Source: Catajapyx aquilonaris (taxonomy: Eukaryota). Taken from it: DNA of 47,024 bases. The stretch's first letter is position 1. Each line of letters starts with the position of its first letter. The notes beneath the pieces were generated by a model. The model saw only the letters and a program-made list of their open reading frames with translations. It ran no database searches and was not told the origin of the DNA. Shown piece after piece: positions 1-9,167 of this stretch. Location of the stretch: positions 1 to 47,024 of the forward strand of contig JYFJ02003042.1 in assembly GCA_000934665.2 (NCBI GenBank), in the 5' to 3' direction. Both the position numbers and the translations under genes were made by a program.

Positions 1-3000
1 AGACTCCTCCAAAACCTTCAGTATATGAGTGTACTGCTCCTTGATAGGGTAATCCCATACACGGAATTTCGATTGCTCCGAACTGCTCAAAGTCAGGGTT
101 TTCCACATCCTGAAAATCGCAGCATAATCTTTTGCAAATTTGTAAAATAATTAGACCACGTAATCAGAAAGCGACATTGATGTAAACATAATCAGTTTTC
201 CGATTCCATGGATTAGTTTTATGATGCCACTCACTGGTATAGCTCCTCTTCAGCATGAGCCATGTTAATGAAGTACTCGTGATACCAAGAGCCGTTGACC
301 ACAGTGTAATTGATTTTGGATTGTCGAGCCAGCTGCTCCAACGACTGGACTGGAGACTATAAAGTACAGTGTTGGACGTTAATCGCGTCGTACTGCTTGC
401 GACATTTTCTGTTGCGGCAGAAGTGCAAATTGAAGTGACCCGTGCGAGTAAGAAGAGGTAGGCATTGAGTGACGTCACCGGCTGGGGGGCAATGAAGAAA
501 AGGCTTGTCCCCAGCCAGTGACGTCACCCAAGGGCTACCATTTCTTACTCGCACGGCTCTATCACTTCGATTTGCACGTCTGCCGCATCAGAAAATGTCG
601 CCAGCATTATGACGGAATTAATGCCCAGCACTGTACGTGTTACACTCAGAATTTGTCAAATTTAAGAGGCCTAACCTGCATTCTCTCGACAGTCAGAAAG
701 GCAGCCAAGTTGGCCGTGAACGTGGCCAACATGAGTACCACAAAGAGCCAATAGGCAGCCACCAATGTGCGTCCAGACAGTGCTTTCGGGGCTTCCCCGC
801 CGCCTTGAGGAGTGAACGATGTCAGAGCGAACCAGAAGCTTTCTTTCAATGTGAACTCTCTGCCAGAAAACAGTTATAAAAAGTCAATATCGCCAGCGTC
901 AATATCTATCTATTATGGTATTATAAAGAGAAAAGTTGGTTCGTTTTTCTATTTTATGCACATTTCATACCCGTCTGTTATTATAAAAGGCTAATTTTGT
1001 TCGTTTGTCCATTTCATACCCATCTATTATTATAACAGGCAAATTTTGTTCGTTTGTCAATTTCATGCACATTTTATACCCATTAATAATTATTATTGAA
1101 AGTGTACTTGCCGACATGGATAGGGATAGGCTTCCTTGTTGTTCTGCGCACTGTAAGGAGAGTACTTGTCCAAGAACCAAAGCATGACCCCGGTGACGGT
1201 CAGAGCACCCAGGATGCTCAGCCAGACCTCGAGTTTCAACACGGTCATGAACTTGAACAGCGATGTGTTTCGGATAGGTCGTCGTGTCACTAATTATTTG
1301 TAATTAATCGATTTATATTAATGTACGGGATAAATATATAGACAACTATGCAGCTGACTCACTGATGGTGATTCCGGCTTGTGCGAAGTAAGGTGCGACA
1401 AAATCGATGACCTGTTCTCGCTCTGAGGTCATGGTGAGAGCGGCTATGACGATGTCCGTCTCCTGCCAAAAGCAGATGTATTTATTGCGTGTGCAAACAT
1501 TTGCACGCGTCACACTTTTTCGTCGCCAAACAGTGATGGGCTATTTTGATGCCCTAATAATACTCGTAAATTAACTTTCTTTGCGCATATCCAATCAAAC
1601 ATTTAAGGTCATACTTATATCTATACGTATACGTCTCTCGAAAATTATTAGAGATGTAGGCCTACCCATATATCTCTCTAAATTTTTCGAGAGAATATTT
1701 CACTCAAAAAGGGAGCCATTTCGCAAAATGCTATTTTTTGAGCGAATTTCACTCCAGAAAGATTTACTTTACCTCTAATCGAGTGGAAAATTGCGTGATA
1801 GAAGAGTGAAGTGGGAAACTGCTATTTCAGTTAGTAAAATCTATTTCACTCAATTTGAGTGAAATGAACTAATTCTGAGTGAATTATTTTCACTCTTTAT
1901 TGAGTGATTTTCACTCATTGAGTGGGAGTCAAAAGTCAAATCAAGCAGGCGAAAGAGTGAAAATCACTCAAATCGAGTGGAAAAACATTCGAAAATTATT
2001 TTTAAGAGTAATTTTAATGTCTATGGCCATACTTTTTATACAGATTCTAGGATCTGAAAGGGCCTAAAATGCGTTACAAGTTTATATTGACAATGTCCGT
2101 GCATAACATGTTATCGTTTCTTAAGAGCGACATAAAAGCTGTTACATGTGCGCAATTAATCTTCATGCATTGTCATATTTCGTCCTTGGCCTTGTCGATG
2201 TAAGGAATAATTAAAATGTAAGGCGGGCTCTTAATATCCGTTGGGACAATTTCTCAGGCCAACACCGGCTCATTAACACACGTCGAGTTTGAACACCCCA
2301 AAGACGCATTAACATTGCGTGTTACTTTCATATATTGACAAAGGCTAATTTTTTGGGGGTTATTGACGTAACAAGAAAATTGGCACACTTACCCCTTTCT
2401 CTAGATCGCCAACCAGACCATTCCACTCGCCATTTACTTTTTCGCCATACTGTTTGTCCGCGGGTATGACCATTTCGTAGTCGAAGCTGAGTCGTTTTGC
2501 CAACTCGGTCAGAAGGTCGATGCAGTAGCCTTCCCATACGTCTTCTCCGTCAATCCTTTTGGCTACGTACGCCCAAGGACGTATCTGTAACAGAATTTAA
2601 TATTTTGGGGGGCGAAATTCAGAAGCATACTATAGTGAACCCCTTGCCAAAATTTTGCATTTAACTATAATATCAGCATTATATGAGTCGACTCAGCTAA
2701 CTGAGGCGTGATTGGCCTCCTCAGATGATGTGATGAGATGAGATTTGTATGCAATATTACTTTCGCATAGGCTGCACCTTCCCATGGATTAGGCGGCAAT
2801 GTTACCTGGCAACAATGTGCTTACTCCCATTGTTGATGAAGACGGTTGTTGTTGTTTTTTTCAGCGAAACTGTTCTAATTCAGCAAGAAAAGGTGTATGA
2901 TGTCGATCTGCATGGTGTGAGAACGGTGTGGCCATAAGAAAGCTCGGATACTGTCACTCATAGCTACAGGTAACAACACAGTATGTCTTGAAAAAAAAAC

Positions 3001-6000
3001 GTAGATATATTTCGGTGGACTTTAGCCCCCCCCCACGAAAATTAAATATTTCTACATATTTCATGAATCTACTTGACAAGATGAGTTGAATGATATACCA
3101 GTATTCATAGGGTACGGAAACTAAAATTATTTGAAAACTTAAAGTACACGAATTTTTCTCCTCGACAATGCATAATATTTCCAGATGCCTACTCTCTTGA
3201 AGCATGTCGACTGCAACTCGTTTGTTAGTGGTGGTCTACCATCTGATCATCGCCTTCCTTCTGGCAGTCCTCATTATGTCAGTGACCTGGGAATACGGAA
3301 CTAAAAGAGCGCTCATCCCCTTCAATAAGCTAGAACAAGACTTCGAAATCTCCTTCTTCATCGGGCTCTCCTCATACGAAATACGCGGTGCAGGGTAAGA
3401 AGTCTTCGGATGAAGGTGTGTTCACAAGTATGGCAAGATTTGGAACACACCTTTAATTAGCTATTACTGATCATTACACCCTGCTGAATGTTTTCGCTCA
3501 GGCATGACAAGCTGCAGGATAAGGACGTGGAGTTCATCAAGACGTTTGTGTGGCGAGACGATCCTCTGGAGGGTAACGTTGGCGAAAAGGACAAGAGCCT
3601 GAAGCAGTATATGGAAACGGTCAAAGAGGGATTTCCTCTGCCGGTTGTATGGATCCAAGAGTACCTCATGCTCAACAGCGAGGGTGTCCAGCACACTAGG
3701 CACTATCGGACGGCCGGTTTCTACGGACACTTATTGCTGACCTTGGCCATGATGATTTGGATCACCTCCTTCTTCATCTCGTTTGGCATGGTGGCCATGT
3801 ACGCCAAGTGGGTGGCCATGACCGGCCTGATGATGTTGGGCAGCTCCACGATCTTCATGCTGAACCGGAACTCCTATTCGGAGATACGGGTACCGCTGTA
3901 CGGACCCGACACCAAGGATGTTCATCTGGAACTGGGCTACGGTTATCCCTTTTACCTGTCCATGTACCTTGGAGCCTTCATTGCCATCTGCGGGGTGGTC
4001 CTAAACTCCTTGGTGAAGCAGAAGCAGACGCAGATCAACCAGTTCTTCAATGTCAAGACCTCGGTTCTGTACACTGTCGAGAAGAAGGCGATCCGAGGTG
4101 CAAAAGAGGAGGATGATGTAGGTGCAATATAGCAGCTATATGTATCTAAATGTTGTGAGGGTTGACCTCCTCGGGTCATCCCCCTGACCCCGCAAGGTCC
4201 ACGAGTATAGCATTCAGGGGACATCCACTCCTTATGGATATCCCCTTGGATGCCCAAATGTCACAAGAATAGGATGCCCGAATCCAGGAGACATCCAGGT
4301 TGGATCCAGGTTGGATGTCTCCTGGATATCGGATTGACACACGGCTTTTCCGACACCTTTTCCTGTGACATTTTGCTAGTCTGTTCTTCGCAGACGTTGC
4401 ACAAAGGTTCGATGAATATCATTTTTACGTCTCACAGAGTCGCAAGTTGAAGAAGAAGGAACCCCAGACGGAACACAAAGCGGATACAGCAGAGGTGGAG
4501 TTGGATGATGAGCAAGAGTGGGAAAAGGCGCCGCCTGTGGCAATGGCCGCCGCGTCTCCGGAGGACGTCCTGTATGAGCCGGAGGAGAGTGTGCCTCAGC
4601 CGTCCGAACAGCCAGAGTTGGTGGATCAGATAATGCCACAGCCTTCGTCTCCGGTACCTCGAAGGTACTCGGTGGAGCTCAACGTCCCCAGCATCAAATT
4701 CGATCTGATTGAGGATGAACCGGAAGACGAGTTGCCTCCTCCGCCTCCTCCTCCTCCGCTCAAGGAAAAGAAGAAGCATCACAAGAAGGAGGAGGACGAG
4801 CCCATGTGCGGATGGTGCGGGTTGATGTGGTGCTAGAACCTTTTATAGCGATGCAACAGGACGCATAACAGGGTTTGAAGTGTTGCGTCTTTTTATGAGT
4901 TGTGCCGCAATTTGTTACGTGTTCATGGATCCGAATTTTTGCTGAATAAACTGGATGTTTAAGGTACATCATATACCTACAGAATTTTCTATGTGCCACC
5001 TTGTCGTGATGGAGGGACTGAGTTTCTCCCGTGACCCCAAGAGCTATGCAGGGGGTAGCTTCGTCTACTGGCAGGGCCACCCAAGTGGGATAGGAGACAC
5101 TGTGCCAAATTTTGGCAACGGGTTCACTGTACTATAGTATGCTGCTTTATAACCTTGACCTGGTCACTTCGATTTGCACTTCTGCCGCATCAGAAATGTC
5201 GGAAGCAGTATGACGCGATTAATGTACAACACTGTACCATTTATATGTGAATGTACTTGCCTCATTAGTTCCGACCCTGAATTTCCGTCGGATTTGATAG
5301 TCGTCAATTCCAGGCGAGTAGATGATATTGGTGTCGTATGTCCAGTTGCCCAGACGGTATTCGGTACGGTTTGCAGTTAGAGATATTTCCATGAAAGCAT
5401 TGTACGACAGCCTTGTGTGGTTTTTGTCCCACCAGAATCCAGGACGACTCTGTGTTGTCTGGAAGGAAAACACGGAATTGCAGTATTGTAGGGGGAAAAA
5501 AATGCAGGGTTAAAACATTAAGAGCTGACCTCTTCAATTTCCTTGTGAAAGTTGTGAGTATTCTGGTCAAACGACGCGCCGCTTATGTTGACATCGCACG
5601 AAGCGGTTTTCAATGAGAAGCTGATCCCTCGGCCTATCATTTTGTCTACAACTTCGGCCAGAAAGTTGGCAGAGCTGGCTGAAAATTCCTCTACTCTCTG
5701 AAAGAATGTTAAGAAAACTCATATTGTTACATTCAGTGTGAACGTAACATCATGAGTGTTAATGCATACATTAAAGTTGCAGTCGCAATCCTTTGGAGAC
5801 GTGAGAAGTATTTGACAGCACAACTGTCTAACCATTTTGACCATAGTGATATTTGCTTTGACTCGTGGAAGTCGGAACTGATGGTGTCGGAAATCGGTAA
5901 ATACCAAGATCCATCTGTAGTTTTTTCCGGCCATGTTGCTAGTGACAGCCTGCGGAAAACAGGGTGTTTCAGAACCAACCGTGCATTTTATAGTGAGGCT

Positions 6001-7768
6001 TGCACTTACAAAGTTAAATAACTCTGTAACGCTGGGAGTGTCACCAAAAATGACATGGAAGCTGGGCGATGGTCGAAGCTGCTTCAGATTGTCAGTCTTG
6101 TTTGGATTCAGTCGATTCAGAAGCAGGACTCGAATGACAGAGTTGCCTATCAGGTAGCGCAAGCTCTGATCTAGTTCTGAAGGAAAATTTCATATTATTG
6201 TTGTCGATTTGTGGTAAACTATAATGACGAACCTATTTCGTCCTGGAATATTAGTGCTGCGTCCAAAGCCCCCCTTTTGACGAGATACTGGTCAGCTACC
6301 ATCACATATGGTCGAATAGAAGTTTCTATGCGAACATAGGGCACACCGTTTTTCTTGGCAATTTCGCGGACTTTGTACCATCCGGCCCAGGTCAGGTCAA
6401 CCACCACGGAAACACCGCGGTTTAGGACCTGACATGCTGAAACCCCCATGTTAGTTATAGTCTATATTGTTTAGGAATGTTATAGTCTGATGGATTTACC
6501 TGAGTTTAAGTTTTCGTCTTCGTTGTCTTCGTTGAACAGGACCAAGTCCTGGTCCAGTTTAGACTTTGTGTTGCTTTGAGCTGCGGTCAGTCCTCGACCA
6601 AATGCGGTGGGAATATTTGGTTGCTGGCTTTCCACAATGGTCACTAAATAGTGGATCAAATTTACAGAACCAAGTAGTGTGAGGGTCAATAAATTTGCAC
6701 AAGAAGCAGGTCTTTTGTTCCATGATATTAATTAATTACGGAATCCACAACGATTGTCTTTAATGACCAAGGGTACTGCAGAATTGACTTTTTGCTACAG
6801 TGAAAAAGACATTCATGAATGTATAATCAGCAACATCCATTTTCAATTTACAATAAATATGTTGCTATTTTCCACTGGGCAGCATAACTTCTCTATTTTT
6901 ATGACAATTAATTTTTTTGGCACGTAACTGGTTAAGTTATAAGTTTGGGCTAGAGATAATTATTTTAGTGAATAAAAAAAATGTTGTCCCACCCCTACAG
7001 TGTACGTCTAAACTCTGTTCGTTGCTGGGAGTCATTCAATTTGCATCCTCATAATTGAAATGCCGAGTTCCCCAAGTTTTCGAGTCGATAAACTCTCATT
7101 TCATACTTTGGAAGGAGTGGAAAAAAAGTGCACAGGGATGGGGAAAATCCTAAAGCAAAGAGAACTAGGAGAGACTAACGATCCATTTTACATTTTCGTA
7201 GAAAAACGACCTCTGACCAGGCTTAATATCACAGTCATGTATTATGCAGTATTGACTCTTTTGAGATAATGTGTAACTTTCTGGAGGTCATCGTTTGCAA
7301 ATGTACTTGCATAATATCTTAGTAATTTTTTGTACTGGTTATTACAGTGTGTACTTTATGCGATATTTTTACATACATGTAGGCTAGTGCACTAAAATCA
7401 CTAAATAATAGTTTAATGTCAGCTGTGCATCCCGCTGACGGATTGATTATATTCCAAATTATAACTTAATTTTTTTCAATTGCAATTTTTAAGAAAAGTA
7501 AGTTTATAATCTGTCTCATCCCTACTTTTTCCGGCTTTCAAGTATAGTGTACCTACACGTCACACTTCACAAAGAGCAAATTGCAGACATGAGTTTGTCA
7601 TTGAAACATTTTTATTGCTTGCAAAACACTCGTCACTTGCCCTGCTCAGACGTATGCATATCACGCAATCAAGTCATGCAACATGTACTTACTGAACCTA
7701 ATGGTGTCCTGTCCACACACTCCAACACACATGATCAGTAAGCATCCAAAGAGGATCAGCCTCACCAT
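1..7768 (-). CDS. Ir8a: Ionotropic receptor co-receptor IR8a-like, paralog A (3' end runs off the window)
   Basis: Frame-consistent exons: 7693-7768 (signal peptide MVRLILFGCLLIMCVGVCG/QDTIRF), 6500-6643, 6233-6436, 6010-6176, 5770-5949, 5530-5697, 5261-5458, 2393-2584, 1363-1462, 1112-1289, 676-859, 235-356, <1-109. About 674 codons lie in the window. IR8a hallmarks: N-terminal domain present; WEGYCIDLL; LTMTSEREQVIDFVAPYF; SLFKFMTVLKLEVWLSI; YPYPCREFTLKESFWFALTSFTPQGGGEAPKALSGRTLVAAYWLFVVLMLATFTANLAAFLTVERMQSPVQSLEQLARQSKINY; FRVWDYPIKEQYTHIL. Two introns are modelled with GC donors (required at 5260, preferred at 1111). Confidence 0.93.
367..633. mobile_element. MITE (Tc1/mariner-type, non-autonomous, fold-back) in an intron of IR8a paralog A
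   Basis: TA-CAGTGTTGGAC...CCCAGCACTG-TA. The two halves are imperfect reverse complements over almost the whole length, and there is no coding capacity. Related copies lie at 38188-38395 and 5163-5234. Confidence 0.85.
933..1095. repeat. Imperfect intronic tandem repeat (~45-60 bp unit, ~3 copies)
   Basis: Recurring ttttgttcgttt...atttcatacc(c/g)...attattataa..ggc units. Confidence 0.6.
1674..2010. repeat. Degenerate repeat or fold-back element rich in TTCACTC/GAGTGAA motifs
   Basis: Many TTCACTC and GAGTG(A/G)A motifs in both orientations, with loosely inverted ends (ctctaaatttttcga ... tcgaaaattatttttaagag). Confidence 0.45.
2801..2813. promoter_or_regulatory. RFX X-box-like motif
   Basis: GTTACC-T-GGCAAC matches GYYRYY-N1-3-RRNRAC. 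It lies about 390 bp upstream of the nested DUOXA-like ATG. Motif match only. Confidence 0.4.
3204..4836 (+). CDS. DUOXA: Dual oxidase maturation factor (DUOXA/NIP)-like membrane protein, divergent, nested antisense in an IR8a intron
   Basis: Exons 3204-3394 (GG|gtaaga), 3502-4117 (ctcag|G; GAT|gtaggt) and 4438-4836 (ctcacag|AGT) give about 401 aa, with AATAAA at 4945-4950. DUOXA-family pattern: TM-TWEYG...FFIGL...FVW...KEGFPLPVVWIQEYLMLNSEG...RHYRTAGFYGHLLL..W...TGLMML...LELGYGYPFYLSMYLG. An upstream exon encoding the usual first TM may exist but was not found. Confidence 0.8.
4282..4327. repeat. 16-bp perfect inverted repeat within a GGATRYCC-rich element in intron 2 of the DUOXA-like gene
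   Basis: atccaggagacatcca-N14-tggatgtctcctggat. The surrounding 4200-4330 carries repeated ggatgcc/ggatatcc/ggacatcc motifs. Confidence 0.65.
5163..5234. mobile_element. Partial (one-arm) copy of the CAGTG MITE
   Basis: tcacttcgatttgcacttctgccgcatcagaaatgtcggaagcagtatgacgcgattaatgtacaacactg-TA closely matches the right arm of 367-633 and 38188-38395. Confidence 0.8.
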
Positions 7769-9167
7769 AATTACACGTCTGTCTGGTGACACCCAATCTT
7801 GAGTACTGAGAGCATCGTGGTCCTTTTTCCTTGTGTGGGTGTGTCTGTGTGTGTATCCTGCTTCTGGGTGAGAGATATATGGAGTCGATACAGCCAACAC
7901 GAGATTCATGTAATATTCAGTGCGTCGCTATATGATGGGCGGGAGGGAGGAGTGTATGTTAGTGGAAAGAGTTCGCTGGCAGGGTTGAATAAGTAAACGA
8001 CCATGTCTGAAAGGTACATAAGGGGGACGGAATAAATGGCGGTGCCGATAATGAGTGAAAGGTTTTCTTGGGACGTTGCTATGGGGCAAATACTGCCTGT
8101 CAATCATTCGGATGGATGCGACGGAATTATCGGAAGCTTGTGCGGGTTTTTGACGTGGGAGATGATTTTGCGACATGTTGCGACGGGTTGCGACATGTCG
8201 AGTTGGATGATGACATGTTGATATCGGTTTTTTTAAATGAAATCTCTGTAAGCTATGGGTCTAATTAAACTGGAGGTGGCATTATGCAGGTTTATTGCAC
8301 AATGGTTTATAACAACAATGATTTTCATACAATACGGGATGGGTAATTAAAATAGCACGTATTATCCAGAGCACATTTGTCAAGCAGTTTGACATGTGAA
8401 GAGATTGACAGCAAATTAGTGTCTCCACTTGTGGCATTTCAAAATAATAGAAAAATTAATGTAGTAGGGGCCTACAGCAAGAAATTATATTTTTCCTCCA
8501 CACTGTTAAGAAATATGTGCATAAATTGACAGCATGTTTCTAATCCAAAATATGATTTTTGTGGAAATTATATTGCTGCCTATCCCTTCATGCATTTCAC
8601 ATTACATCGACAGTACATGATTTTGGCTTCATTATTCTGTGTGAAAATAAAGTACTAGTGAAAGCAATGTATTACACGTAAGCAGCATGTGATGTTCAGT
8701 ATTACACATAGCACATAATTATGTGGCACGCATAAGGCAGACAGTATGTTGTTGACTTTCTGATTCAGTACTAGTTTGAAGGCCTCACATTTTGTCACAT
8801 TAAAGGAAAATCTTCGATTATCTTGCTAATAACACTGAAAGCTTATTCTCTACTTTATATTCATTTATAAAATAGAACGAAAATAGAGTCTGTGTTGTTG
8901 TTTTTATATTAAAATAAACTGTGGAACATTCATAACACATATCACATACATCAGAAAGGCACGTGCACAAGGAAATAAATACACCTTTCTGTCAGACAAA
9001 GAGAGCATGTAACTTCACAATATTTTCTCTTTAGCAAAAATAATAATAATAATTGAACTCCCCAATTTTCAATGTACACCACCAACGTCCTTCATTTCAT
9101 CCCCTGGCAACATGAGCACTACACAAAACCTTCAGGCGGATTTAATTCAAAATTTACTGAGAGTTTC

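Noticed and set aside
4447..4836. Stand-alone 129-aa gene
   Set aside because: It starts at TTG directly after a good splice acceptor and is better explained as exon 3 of the DUOXA-like gene.
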